From assembly GCA_043803225.1 (NCBI GenBank), contig JAZDKF010000024.1, positions 1 through 55,519 of the forward strand: DNA of 55,519 nucleotides. The letters run 5' to 3'. The translations under genes were made by a program, and so were the position numbers. This document shows positions 8,167 through 17,781 of the stretch, in pieces (positions within the stretch are counted from its first letter, which is position 1; every line of letters begins with the position of its first letter). Source of the DNA: Candidatus Beckwithbacteria bacterium (GTDB lineage Bacteria; Patescibacteriota; Microgenomatia; UBA1400; CG1-02-47-37). The notes beneath the pieces are model-generated. The model was not told the DNA's origin. It saw only the letters and a program-made list of their open reading frames with translations, and did not search any database.

Positions 8167-10995
8167 TTATATTCTGATAACTTTAAGTTTGTCCCCAAAT
8201 TTTAAAGTTTTAACTAAAGTTTTTTGTTTTATTTCAGCAGCAAATTCTTTCGGCCAACTGGGCAGTTCAAGATTAATCGGTTCGTTCAAATCTGTACCTA
8301 TCTGTTTTCTGGCTTGTTGGATTTGACGGATCAGATCCCTGGCTTCGCCTTCGGCTTTAAGCTTGGGAGTTAGTTTTGAGTCAAGTTTAACCATGCCAGC
8401 TTTTAACTTGGGATCAAAGACAAGAGACTTAAGGTTAGTTTCTTCTAAGATCAACTGCTGTAGGTCTTTACCGCCGAACGATTTGCCAGCAATAGTGGCT
8501 TTGGCAAGGGGCTGGCGAACCTTTAACCTAAGTTCCTGGCGCTGAGCATGAATTTTTTCCACCAAGCGGCGGGCTTTAGCCATATCTTTCTCCAAATCTG
8601 AGTTAATTAGTTTTGTCTCAAGTTTGGGCCAGGAAGACAGATGGACTGAAGAATTTTTAGTTAAATGAGTAAAAAGATAATCGCTTAAGTAAGGAGTAAT
8701 CGGAGCCATAAGTTGGCTTAAGGTAGTTAAGCAAAAATAAAGGGTCTGAAAGGTGGAGCTTTGGCTGACCCGGTTGCGGGAACGGCGGATATACCAGGTA
8801 GAAAAGTCGTTAATAAAGTCTTCCAGACTGATTATAGCCGGAGCTGAGTAGAATTTATCCAAAGATCCGGTAACTGTTTTAAGGGTGTTTTGCAGCCGGG
8901 ATAAAATCCAGCGATCTAAAATTGAGTCAGCAAGCGGCAGTCCGGGTTCAGGTTGCCAATGATGAGCATTAGCCTGGGAAATGAAAAAGCGGTAAGAGTT
9001 CCAGAGCATTAAAAAAACCTGGCGTTTAACTTCGTTAGCCGGAGTATAACCAAAGGGAAGAATAGTGGTCGGTAAAACTTTGGCATAAAGCCAGCGCATA
9101 ATATCCACGCCGATTTTTTGAGCACCTTCATTGAATTCGATCGCATTGCCCCAGGATTTATGCATCGGCCGGTTATCTTCACCAACAACTGATTCATAAC
9201 CCAATACGGTTTTCATCGGATTAGTTTTTACCAAAACTGTCGCCATAACTAAAAGCGAGTAAAACCAGTTTTTAAACTGGCCGGGATAGCATTCGGTAAT
9301 AAAATCGGCCGGGAACCAATCTTTAGGCAGGGTAGAAAACGAGACAATACCGGCATCCAGCCAGGGATTGCCTACCGGTTCAATCCGGCCGACGGTTTGA
9401 CCACAGCTGGAGCAGTTAATTTTGACTTTATCAATCCAGGGTTTATGGGGTGAATGGCCGTCAAACTCTGACCAGCCGCTAACTGCTTTTTGCTTTAACT
9501 CGGCTTTAGAGCCAATGACTTCAAAGTGATGGCACTTAGAGCATTCATAAATCGGCAGGGCCAAACCCCAGTAACGATTTTTCTTGGAAATCAGCCAGTC
9601 GTGCATATTCTTCAGCCAGTCCAGTTCCCGCTCCAAACCGAATTCCGGAATCCAGCAGACTTTTTTAGTCACCTCAATCATTTGCTGGCGCAAAGTTCTT
9701 TTGTTAGCATCAGTCGGATCCGGCTTATCAACGCTGATATACCACTCATCGGTGATTTTCCAGACCAGCTCGGTTTTACAGCGCCAGCAAGCAGGATAGC
9801 GGTGCTTATAAGGTTTAATCTGATAGAAAAACTCCGGCTTTGATTTTAAGAAGTCAAAAATCAGCTCAGGATGTTTTTTGGCATTCTGGCCGGTTAAAGC
9901 GCCAAAGCCAGGCAAGTACTCGGCCTGATCGTTAATCGCCGGAACAACCGGTAACTTTAATTTTTTACCTAACTGATAATCTTCAGCCCCGGTGCTGGTC
10001 GAAGTGTGCACCAAGCCGGTGCCTTCTTCTATGGTAATCGGCATGATCAGCGGATCGGTAGGAATAATTTGATGCTTAACTTGGCTCACGGCCGGTAAGT
10101 GTTGGAAGGGAGCTTGATAACCCCAACCTATCATATCTTTGCCTGGTTTAGTCTCAAGAATCTTGTCAAAATCATCACCTAAAACAGTTTTGGCTAAAGC
10201 TTTAAGCAGCCAGAGCCGGCGCTGGGACTTGGTCTGCACTAAAGAATAGTCATAGGTTGCATCGACAGCGACAGCAATATTAGCCGGTAAAGTCCAGGGA
10301 GTGGTGGTCCAAACTAAAAGGGCTTCAGCTTTCCGCTCTAGCAACGGCAAGGTAAAGAAAATAGAGTCGTGAACCACTTCTTTATAGTCTTCAGTTAAAA
10401 TTTCATGCTGGGAAATGGCGGTTTCACAGCGCGGGCACCAGGGCACCACGTCTTTACCCTTGTAAATCCAACCGCGCTGATGGCAGGTTTTTAAAAAGTT
10501 CCAGATAGCATAGTTATTAGCATCAGACATGGTGAAATATGAATTGTCCCAATCCAGCCACATACCTAAGCGTTGGCTTTGTTCAGTCTGAATCTTGGAA
10601 TATTTTTCCACTCGGGCTTTGCATTGGTTAACAAATTTCTCGATGCCGTACTGGGCAATGTCTTTTTTAGTTTTAAACTTAAGGTCTTTTTCGACTTCGA
10701 CTTCCACCCAAAGACCTTGACAGTCAAAACCGTTCTGAAAGCGCTGGCGGTAGCCTTTCATATTAAAGTAGCGCTGCCAAAGGTCTTTGTAAGTCCGGCC
10801 GCGGGCATGATGAACGCCCATCGGGTTATTGGCAGTAATCGGACCGTCTAAAAAAGAAAACTTTTGTTTAGCTTTAGAATTTTTCTTTAAATATTTTTTT
10901 ATAATTCCAGCTTTTTCCCAAATTACCGCCTGGACTTTTTCCAAAGCCACAAAATCCGGCATCGCCGGCTCGTCGGAAAAAAAAGGTTTCTTCAT
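8167..10995 (-). CDS. ileS: Isoleucine--tRNA ligase, type 2 (IleRS2)
   Basis: FLDGP, GFDCQGL, WTTTPWTL, GTGLVH editing motifs, DW.IS, WYIRR.R, EG.ARD.IR.IQ..RK C-terminus typical of IleRS2. Signatures read GVHH and PMHKS. Confidence 0.96.
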   Translation of the reverse strand: MKKPFFSDEPAMPDFVALEKVQAVIWEKAGIIKKYLKKNSKAKQKFSFLDGPITANNPMGVHHARGRTYKDLWQRYFNMKGYRQRFQNGFDCQGLWVEVEVEKDLKFKTKKDIAQYGIEKFVNQCKARVEKYSKIQTEQSQRLGMWLDWDNSYFTMSDANNYAIWNFLKTCHQRGWIYKGKDVVPWCPRCETAISQHEILTEDYKEVVHDSIFFTLPLLERKAEALLVWTTTPWTLPANIAVAVDATYDYSLVQTKSQRRLWLLKALAKTVLGDDFDKILETKPGKDMIGWGYQAPFQHLPAVSQVKHQIIPTDPLIMPITIEEGTGLVHTSTSTGAEDYQLGKKLKLPVVPAINDQAEYLPGFGALTGQNAKKHPELIFDFLKSKPEFFYQIKPYKHRYPACWRCKTELVWKITDEWYISVDKPDPTDANKRTLRQQMIEVTKKVCWIPEFGLERELDWLKNMHDWLISKKNRYWGLALPIYECSKCHHFEVIGSKAELKQKAVSGWSEFDGHSPHKPWIDKVKINCSSCGQTVGRIEPVGNPWLDAGIVSFSTLPKDWFPADFITECYPGQFKNWFYSLLVMATVLVKTNPMKTVLGYESVVGEDNRPMHKSWGNAIEFNEGAQKIGVDIMRWLYAKVLPTTILPFGYTPANEVKRQVFLMLWNSYRFFISQANAHHWQPEPGLPLADSILDRWILSRLQNTLKTVTGSLDKFYSAPAIISLEDFINDFSTWYIRRSRNRVSQSSTFQTLYFCLTTLSQLMAPITPYLSDYLFTHLTKNSSVHLSSWPKLETKLINSDLEKDMAKARRLVEKIHAQRQELRLKVRQPLAKATIAGKSFGGKDLQQLILEETNLKSLVFDPKLKAGMVKLDSKLTPKLKAEGEARDLIRQIQQARKQIGTDLNEPINLELPSWPKEFAAEIKQKTLVKTLKFGDKLKVIRI

Positions 10996-11001
10996 AAGGC
11001 T

Positions 11002-11010
11002 ATCTTAACA
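11002..11010 (-). promoter_or_regulatory. Extended -10 promoter (TGtTAAGAT), leaderless ileS
   Basis: TGTTAAGAT ends 6 nt before the ileS ATG. Confidence 0.55.
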
Positions 11011-11022
11011 AAAATCCCAAAA

Positions 11023-11541
11023 TTATTCAGCTGGGCTTAAAGCTTCCAGCACATCACAGCAAAGTTGAGCGACTACCAGTTTTCCGTCATAACTCAACGG
11101 CTTATCCCATCTTTGCTTATCATAAAGATCAGCTTGAGTAGTGTCTCTTGGAGGATTTAAATAACATTCTGGTTGCTGACAAGTAACTATTCCTTCTTTC
11201 CATTCAGGGAGATTCTTTCCACCACGTTGTAGTGGAATTCTGATAAACCTAAACGGTTCTCTGACCTTTTCACCGGTAATTTGAATAAATAAATAGCTTG
11301 GTTCAATTACTAACTTTGAAACATAAACTTCACCAAATCTTGATAAAGTAAGCTGCTTTGGATTTTGGTTGTCAGCCAGAATAATTGCGTCTGGTTTAGT
11401 GATTGATCCGGTTATTGCTTTTGCTTCAAGACTAAAGATTGCCATAGCACACTTGGTAAGTTCACTTTGCAGTTGCTGATTCTGGATTAAGTCTGGATTT
11501 ATTAATTTTGGGTGTTTTTTAAATAATTCTTGAAATGGCAT
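11023..11541 (-). CDS. Hypothetical protein (172 aa orphan)
   Basis: ATG with strong SD AAAGGAGG 4 nt upstream, directly after palindrome R1. Confidence 0.75.
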   Translation of the reverse strand: MPFQELFKKHPKLINPDLIQNQQLQSELTKCAMAIFSLEAKAITGSITKPDAIILADNQNPKQLTLSRFGEVYVSKLVIEPSYLFIQITGEKVREPFRFIRIPLQRGGKNLPEWKEGIVTCQQPECYLNPPRDTTQADLYDKQRWDKPLSYDGKLVVAQLCCDVLEALSPAE

Positions 11542-11554
11542 AAAACCTCCTTTG

Positions 11555-11577
11555 CCTACAAGGAGTCTCCTTGTAGG
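11555..11577. repeat. REP-like palindrome R1 CCTACAAGGAG-T-CTCCTTGTAGG
   Basis: Perfect 11-bp arms with a 1-nt centre; part of 29-bp direct repeat 11551-11579 = 12425-12453; supplies LQGDSL* end of the 281-aa ORF. Confidence 0.95.
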
Positions 11578-12401
11578 ATATTTGCTTTAATTAAGCCAGC
11601 GATTTTACCCCAATTAGAGGCGGCTTTTTGGTGTTGAGGCCTAAATTCTATGGGAAGACCCTGAGCTAGAGTTTCTTTAAACACTCTTGTAAAATTTAAA
11701 GCGATCTGCAACTGCATGTTTGGATCTTTAGCCGCTTCTACATATCCAAAATTCGGTTTATCAGCTGGTTCGACTAAGTCTCCCAAATATAACTCGCTAG
11801 CTATATTGGCTTGTAAAAAATTATTAAAATGATCAAGCGTCGGTTCGTCGGCTTCGACAAGCGCCAAATGAGCCGTCATTGCGTTTTCTCTTAATTGTTT
11901 AAGTTTTTCATCTGCTTGTAGATTAGGATATCGTTCAAGAAATTGATCTAATTTGTCAGTCGATGGCAACCGAAACAAGTTAGCACCGTTGGTTTCGGCA
12001 ATATCTTTTCCAATTAATTTGGCAATATTTTTCCAGTTCCGGACCGCTTTTTTTGCAGAATGTATTTCGGCATAACTAATTGATTTTCTCAGTTGCTTTT
12101 GCTGTTCTTTTTTGGATTCTATAGCAATTTGTTTTTGCTTAGCTGGATCGCGAAATATTGCTTGCCATCGATCATATTCACTTTGATCAAAAAGCGATGA
12201 AAAATGGTGAGAGTCAGAATATAATTTTTGAAGTTCTTGTTGCCGGTAATGAGCTTCTATGAATTGATTAAACATGCTTAGGTCAACATTATTGGCTGTA
12301 TTTATTCTTTTTTTAGCTGCAATACAAGCTAAAAAGGCTCGATAAAGTTCACGGTGTTGTTTAAGAGGATCTTGGCTTTTTGGTCTCTCTAGCATTAACA
12401 T
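11556..12401 (-). CDS. Hypothetical protein (281 aa) with internal two-fold repeat, bounded by palindromes R1/R2
   Basis: Long open frame; duplicated motifs KQHRE/KQLRE, FNQFIEA/FNNFLQA, DPAKQKQIA/DPNMQLQIA, KAVRNWKNIAKLI/KAASNWGKIAGLI. Confidence 0.8.
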   Translation of the reverse strand: MLMLERPKSQDPLKQHRELYRAFLACIAAKKRINTANNVDLSMFNQFIEAHYRQQELQKLYSDSHHFSSLFDQSEYDRWQAIFRDPAKQKQIAIESKKEQQKQLRKSISYAEIHSAKKAVRNWKNIAKLIGKDIAETNGANLFRLPSTDKLDQFLERYPNLQADEKLKQLRENAMTAHLALVEADEPTLDHFNNFLQANIASELYLGDLVEPADKPNFGYVEAAKDPNMQLQIALNFTRVFKETLAQGLPIEFRPQHQKAASNWGKIAGLIKANILQGDSL

Positions 12402-12428
12402 ACTATTTCTTTCTGAGCAGATAATTTG

Positions 12429-12451
12429 CCTACAAGGAGTCTCCTTGTAGG
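12429..12451. repeat. REP-like palindrome R2 (identical to R1)
   Basis: CCTACAAGGAGTCTCCTTGTAGG with the same TTTG and AT flanks; 31 nt downstream of the ftsZ stop. Confidence 0.95.
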
Positions 12452-12482
12452 ATTAATAGATTTGAATTCGATTTTGTCATAA

Positions 12483-13601
12483 TTATCTCCCCTGGCGGAG
12501 GAAGGCGGGGATATCAAATTCGTCTGACTCTTCGTCAGTTTCTTTTACTTCGGTTAATTCCGGCTGGTCAGGATTGATTTTATCAGCAGGCTGGACAGAA
12601 ACAGTTGGGACTGACCGGCTGGAAAGATCTCTTAAACGCTGGCGGGTTTCATCAAAACCGGTGGCAATAACGGTAATCTTGATTTGGTCGACTAAATTTT
12701 CATCAATTGACGCGCCAAAGATAATATTGCAATCAGCATCGGTAGTTTTGGAAATAATTTCCGCTGCCTGATTGACTTCGCTCATGGTTAGGTCAGTACC
12801 GCCGACAATGTTAAACAACATGCCTTTGGCGCCTTCGATTGATGTTTCCAAAAGGGGCGAGGAAATCGCCGAACGGGCGGCATTCTGAGCCCGGTTTTCG
12901 CCAACACCGCTGCCCATTCCCATTAAGGCAGTACCGGCATCTTTCATAATGGTTTTAACGTCAGCAAAATCAACATTAATTAAACCAGAAGTAGTAATTA
13001 GGTCAGAAATCCCCTGAACCCCTTGGGTTAAAATGCTGTCGGCCATTTTAAAAGCTTCTATCAATGTCAAATTTTTATCGATTATGTCCATCAACCGTTG
13101 ATTAGGAACGACGATCATGGTATCAACTTTACTTTTTAAAGCTTCAATTCCCTCTTCGGCATTAACCATTCTCCGGGTGCCTTCGAAAAGAAAGGGTTTG
13201 GTGACCACAGCTACGGTTAAAGCCCCAACTTCTTTAGCAATTTCGGCAATAATCGGACAGCCGCCTGTGCCAGTACCACCTCCCATTCCAGCAGTTAAAA
13301 AAACCATATCAGCGCCAAACAAAAAGTCTCTAATCTTATCTTTGGTTTCATCAGCCGCTTGAGCACCAACTTTGGGATCAGACCCGGAGCCTAAACCACC
13401 AGTTAATTTTTCACCAATTTGGATTTTTGTTTCAGCCTGAGATGAAAGCAGGGCTTGGGCATCGGTATTGATAGCAACAAACTCCACACCTTTAATCAAG
13501 TTAGAACGGACCATATTGGAAACGGCGTTGCTGCCTCCGCCACCGACCCCTAAGACCTTTATTTTGGCAAATGTATTTAAATCTGGTTTGACCAAAGCCA
13601 T
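12483..13601 (-). CDS. ftsZ: Cell division GTPase FtsZ
   Basis: [16 protein letters not shown] tubulin signature, INVDFAD, C-terminal DIPAFLR. Confidence 0.99.
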   Translation of the reverse strand: MALVKPDLNTFAKIKVLGVGGGGSNAVSNMVRSNLIKGVEFVAINTDAQALLSSQAETKIQIGEKLTGGLGSGSDPKVGAQAADETKDKIRDFLFGADMVFLTAGMGGGTGTGGCPIIAEIAKEVGALTVAVVTKPFLFEGTRRMVNAEEGIEALKSKVDTMIVVPNQRLMDIIDKNLTLIEAFKMADSILTQGVQGISDLITTSGLINVDFADVKTIMKDAGTALMGMGSGVGENRAQNAARSAISSPLLETSIEGAKGMLFNIVGGTDLTMSEVNQAAEIISKTTDADCNIIFGASIDENLVDQIKITVIATGFDETRQRLRDLSSRSVPTVSVQPADKINPDQPELTEVKETDEESDEFDIPAFLRQGR

Positions 13602-13678
13602 AGTTTTTTGCCAAAGGCAAATTCAATTAATTAAAGCAGGGCAGGAGTTTACTAATTAACAATAGCTTATTTTTTTAT

Positions 13679-14947
13679 TTAAGGCAAGAAGGATTTGAGA
13701 AGTTTAATGCCTTTACTAAAAACGCCTTTAACTGGAATCTTGGGAAAATTTTTGGAAAAGTTTTTAAAAGCAGAGTCAGATTTAAAACCTTTAAAGTTTT
13801 TTACCCCGTAATCGATTAAACCCCAAGCAGTGGCAAAAGCCGGAGATTTTATTTCATCGATTAAACCGGTTAAGCCTTTGGGATAACCAATCCTAACCGG
13901 TAAGGATAAAGTCCGTTTGCAGGAAGAGGTTAAGCCGGCGGTTAAAGCTCCGCCGCCGGTGACTACAACTCCGGCTGGAGTGACTCCGCCAAAACCGGAT
14001 TTTTTTAACTGCTCGCCAACGAGTCCGAAAATTTCATTTAAACGCGGCCGGATAATTCCTTCGGTCAGAGTTTTCCTGGATAATTTGCCAACATCTTCGC
14101 TTAAATTTAATTTTTTAAAGTCCAGATCGTCATTGTCATCTTCCTGATCTTTTTCAATTTTAGAAAGGGCTAGTTTTATCTTTTCGGCAGTTTCTAAACT
14201 AACCCGTAAGCCAATAGCCAAATCGTTAGTGATGTTTTTAGAGCCGACCGGCAAAACAGAAGAAAAAGACAGAGCGCCTTCAACAAAAACTGCCAGAGAA
14301 GTACTGCCGCCGCCAAGGTCAACCAAGACGACTCCGAGTTCTTTTTCAGTCGGGGTTAAAACCGCTTCAGAACTGGCTAAGCCGGAAAAGACCAAACTAT
14401 CGATTTCCACCCCAATCTCAGAAACGCATTTACTAATGTTTCTTAAAGCAGTAGAAGAACTGGTGATAATGTGGGCTTCGGCTTCTAGTCTAACTCCGCT
14501 CATGCCAACCGGATCTTTGACCCCTTCCTGAGAATCAACTTTAAAGTCCCTAGGGATGACATGAAGAATTTCTCTAGATGATGGTAAAGAGACAGCTCGA
14601 GCGGCCTCAATTACCCGAGAAACATCGCTAGGGCTAATTTCTCCTTCCGGCTCAGCCACGGCGACAACGCCTTTAGAGTTTAATGATTCAATATGTGATC
14701 CGGAGATGGAAGCAATGCAGGAAGAAATCGTATAGCCAGCCATCCGTTCAGCTGATTCAACGCTTTGGGTAATCGATTCAATCGCTTCGTCAATATCAAC
14801 AATCTGGCTTTTTCTTAAACCTTTAGCCGGTTCATTGGCCACGCCGATAATATTAAGCTTATCTGATTCGGCACCAAGATTAGCAATTAAAGTAGTAATT
14901 TTAGTAGTGCCAATGTCAATAGCAGAGATAATTTGGTTTTTAGTCAT
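13679..14947 (-). CDS. ftsA: Cell division protein FtsA
   Basis: DIGTTKI, P.GMSGVRLE, EKELGV..VDLGGG, TNDLA, VVTGGGA; upstream of ftsZ. Confidence 0.98.
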   Translation of the reverse strand: MTKNQIISAIDIGTTKITTLIANLGAESDKLNIIGVANEPAKGLRKSQIVDIDEAIESITQSVESAERMAGYTISSCIASISGSHIESLNSKGVVAVAEPEGEISPSDVSRVIEAARAVSLPSSREILHVIPRDFKVDSQEGVKDPVGMSGVRLEAEAHIITSSSTALRNISKCVSEIGVEIDSLVFSGLASSEAVLTPTEKELGVVLVDLGGGSTSLAVFVEGALSFSSVLPVGSKNITNDLAIGLRVSLETAEKIKLALSKIEKDQEDDNDDLDFKKLNLSEDVGKLSRKTLTEGIIRPRLNEIFGLVGEQLKKSGFGGVTPAGVVVTGGGALTAGLTSSCKRTLSLPVRIGYPKGLTGLIDEIKSPAFATAWGLIDYGVKNFKGFKSDSAFKNFSKNFPKIPVKGVFSKGIKLLKSFLP

Positions 14948-14949
14948 GT

Positions 14950-15705
14950 TTAAAATGTTAAAACTGGTTTATCAAATCTTAAATCAATTTTTACTGGCAG
15001 GCTCTCCCCTATTTTATAACCAGATAAAATGTATTGTAAAGATGCAACCTGAGAATTGAGTGAACCGGTCAGATCGATAATCGCATATGGACCTTGATTA
15101 GTCTTGACTATACCAACAGATTGATTAAGCCAGGCTAACAGATTAAAACTAACATAATGTTCCTGAAGAGATTTGATTAAGTCGCTAAGATTTTTTGTTG
15201 CTAGGGACGGATTTTGGTCAAAGTTAAAAGATTCGGGTACAGCTACGGTTGGGTAAAGGTTTGGCTGATATTGTTTGGTCATAAAAAACTCTCCGGATTG
15301 ATCAAGCTGAAAAACCTGATTGGTAATAACACCGGATAATGTCGCTGAAGCTGAACTGTCTAAACCAGTAAATTCCAGATTTAGATACGGAACCAGCTGA
15401 GCCATCGGCTGACGGCGCTTGGCAGTTATTGATATTTGATTAGGAAGTTTTTTTGTTACCTGAATATCAGTCAAGTTTGGATCGAAAGCTAATAAGATTT
15501 GAGTGGCTTTAGCACTCTTAAGTTTAAAGATATTCTGCTGATAAAAGTTCACTAAAGTTGGCTCAAAAGCTAAGGAGCAAGGATACTGATCGATCTGACA
15601 AGATATCTTTTTAATTGAAAAAAATGCCAGCTGGTTTAATGTAATCGTTAGTCCAATTAAAATGATTACCGGAAAAAAAATAAACAGCAATGATTTAAAC
15701 TTCAT
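14950..15705 (-). CDS. ftsQ: FtsQ/DivIB-like cell division protein
   Basis: N-terminal TM, POTRA-like KKLPN.I.I segment, C-terminal IDLRF.KPV; located between murG and ftsA. Confidence 0.75.
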   Translation of the reverse strand: MKFKSLLFIFFPVIILIGLTITLNQLAFFSIKKISCQIDQYPCSLAFEPTLVNFYQQNIFKLKSAKATQILLAFDPNLTDIQVTKKLPNQISITAKRRQPMAQLVPYLNLEFTGLDSSASATLSGVITNQVFQLDQSGEFFMTKQYQPNLYPTVAVPESFNFDQNPSLATKNLSDLIKSLQEHYVSFNLLAWLNQSVGIVKTNQGPYAIIDLTGSLNSQVASLQYILSGYKIGESLPVKIDLRFDKPVLTF

Positions 15706-16687
15706 GATTTATTAGTTTAATGACTAACTCATAGAGTTTGTCAGCTGCAGAACTAACTAAATTTCTATCAAAACTTTGAGAAGATTTTTGCGGCAAAATT
15801 TTAATAGCCTGGTCGATAGTTTGTAAAAGTGTTTTTGGTGTCAGTTGAGTTTGGTTAAGAATTAAAGCCAAACCTAAAGATTGCATAAATTTGGCATTAG
15901 TCTGCTGTTCATTTTTCTGGGCGGTAGTTAACGGAATTAAGACAGCCGGAATTCTTAAGTAGGCCAGCTCGGTAACTGTGTTAATGCCGCTGCGGCTTAT
16001 GACTAAATCAACCTGAGAATAGATTTTTTTTAGTTGGGTTGGGGTAAACCAGGTTTGTAAATGGTAATGAGGCTGGTTGATAACCGGCGGCTGGTTAACT
16101 TGGTAAAGCCCGAATTGGTGATAAATAATATATTTTTCTAATAATTTGGATAAGATCGGAGCCACGGCCCGATTGATAGCCTGAGAACCGAAATGGCCTC
16201 CAGTAATATATATGGTGGGACGGCTGGCAGGCTGACGGTTGATTTGAAGAATTTCCGACCTAATCAAATTACCGGTAAGACAGGTTTTCTTAGCGGGAAA
16301 GTGTTTTAGACAAGAAGGCCAGGAAACAGCGATTTTATCGGCAATTAAACTGGTAAGTTTTGAAGTTAAACCAAAAGCAAAAGTTTGCTCGTGAATGATT
16401 AAAGGCAACCTTAAAAGTTTTGCTGCCAAACAGACCGGTAAAGCTTGATAACCGCCAAAACTAACCACCAAAGTAGGCTGAAGCCTAATTAACTGCTGAT
16501 AAGCTTGGATTAGACTATTAGGCAGTTTAATTAAGGATATGGTTGAGCGAAGCGGTTGATGACGATTAAACTTAGGTGTAGGAACAGTTAGTTGTTTTAC
16601 TTTATATCCGGCTAAGGTTAACCGGGCTTCTAAAGCGAGAGCCGGAGTGGGATGGCTGCCAGTCAGGACAATTAAGTTTAAACTCAT
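15695..16687 (-). CDS. murG: Lipid I GlcNAc transferase MurG
   Basis: TG.H..PA, SFGGY, IHEQ, TGN.IR, ITGG..GS, SRSG..T..EL, EQ..NA. Confidence 0.93.
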   Translation of the reverse strand: MSLNLIVLTGSHPTPALALEARLTLAGYKVKQLTVPTPKFNRHQPLRSTISLIKLPNSLIQAYQQLIRLQPTLVVSFGGYQALPVCLAAKLLRLPLIIHEQTFAFGLTSKLTSLIADKIAVSWPSCLKHFPAKKTCLTGNLIRSEILQINRQPASRPTIYITGGHFGSQAINRAVAPILSKLLEKYIIYHQFGLYQVNQPPVINQPHYHLQTWFTPTQLKKIYSQVDLVISRSGINTVTELAYLRIPAVLIPLTTAQKNEQQTNAKFMQSLGLALILNQTQLTPKTLLQTIDQAIKILPQKSSQSFDRNLVSSAADKLYELVIKLINHEV

Positions 16688-17781
16688 TTTTTCTTAGGGT
16701 TTAATTGATAACGGGAAATATTTATCAACAGGCCAATGGCAGCAAGGTTAACTACCAGGGATGAACCACCATAGGAAATAAAAGGCAAGGGAACGCCGGT
16801 TAAAGGAATTAATGCCAGCATGGCAGCTAGATTAATAGTAATTTGTATAGCAAACCAACTGGCTATGGAAGCAGCCAAAAGCCGGGAAAAATCATCGACT
16901 GCCAGTCTAGCAATCCGAAAAGCTTTGTAAATCAGCCAGAAAAGCACAGTGATTAAAATAACTGAACCGAAAAAACCAATTTCTTCGGCAATAACGGCAA
17001 AAATTGAATCAGTGGTCACCTGAGGCAGAAATTGATACTTTTGTTTAGACTGGCCTAAACCTACTCCAAACCAGCCGCCAGAACCAATGGTAATCAGGGC
17101 TTGACGGATGTGGTAAGAGCTGCCAAGCGGATCAGTCGCCGGATTAAAAAAGGTTAAAAGTCTGGCTTTACGATAAGCAGAGGTTAAAATTAAACCTAAA
17201 CCGGAAAGCGAGCCAAGGGCTCCAAGCAATAGCAAGTAAAGCCAGTTGGCACCGGAAACATAATAAACAACAACGCTGGAAAAAATAATCACCATGGCAG
17301 TACCTAAGTCCGGCTGTAACATGACCAAGCCTAAGACCAAACCTAAAATTAACAAGTAAGCCCAAAATGGCCGACGTTTAATCAACCAAGCGGAAAGGTA
17401 AATACTTAAAGACAGTTTAACTAACTCAGTCGGCTGAAGGCTGAAAGAACCTAAGTTAATCCAGCGCCTGGCCCCTAGGGTTGAATCACCAATACCAGGG
17501 ATTAAAACCAGGATTAAAAGCAAAAAGGTAAAACCAAAGAAAATTGGAGCTATTTTTTGAATTAAAGGTATTGGGATCAATCTAGCAATTAACAAACTGA
17601 TTAATCCAAAACCCAGCCATCTAACTTGAGAGGTTAAAAAATGGTACTTGTCACCATAAAGCTGGAAAGCTTCAAAAGTGGAAGCGTTATAAACCATAAC
17701 CAGGCCAAATAGAGACAAAATTAAAACTAAAATCAACAGTCCCCAATCGGCTTTTTTTGGTTTACAGGTAGTTTTTAACAT
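16684..17781 (-). CDS. ftsW: SEDS protein FtsW
   Basis: GLVMVYNAS, GARRWI, QPTEL.K, QPDLGT, SKQK..FLP...TDSIF, PLTGVPLPFISYGGSS. Start 17781 preferred. Confidence 0.95.
   Translation of the reverse strand: MLKTTCKPKKADWGLLILVLILSLFGLVMVYNASTFEAFQLYGDKYHFLTSQVRWLGFGLISLLIARLIPIPLIQKIAPIFFGFTFLLLILVLIPGIGDSTLGARRWINLGSFSLQPTELVKLSLSIYLSAWLIKRRPFWAYLLILGLVLGLVMLQPDLGTAMVIIFSSVVVYYVSGANWLYLLLLGALGSLSGLGLILTSAYRKARLLTFFNPATDPLGSSYHIRQALITIGSGGWFGVGLGQSKQKYQFLPQVTTDSIFAVIAEEIGFFGSVILITVLFWLIYKAFRIARLAVDDFSRLLAASIASWFAIQITINLAAMLALIPLTGVPLPFISYGGSSLVVNLAAIGLLINISRYQLNPKKK

Noticed and set aside
11551-12453. CRISPR array or classical integron interpretation of R1/R2
   Set aside because: Only two copies 874 bp apart, no cas or intI gene, and no RYYYAAC...GTTRRRY attC ends.
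13607-13621. TTTGCC-AAA-GGCAAA hairpin just upstream of ftsZ, sharing TTTGCC with the R1/R2 flank
   Set aside because: 6-bp stem without the family core; insufficient evidence.
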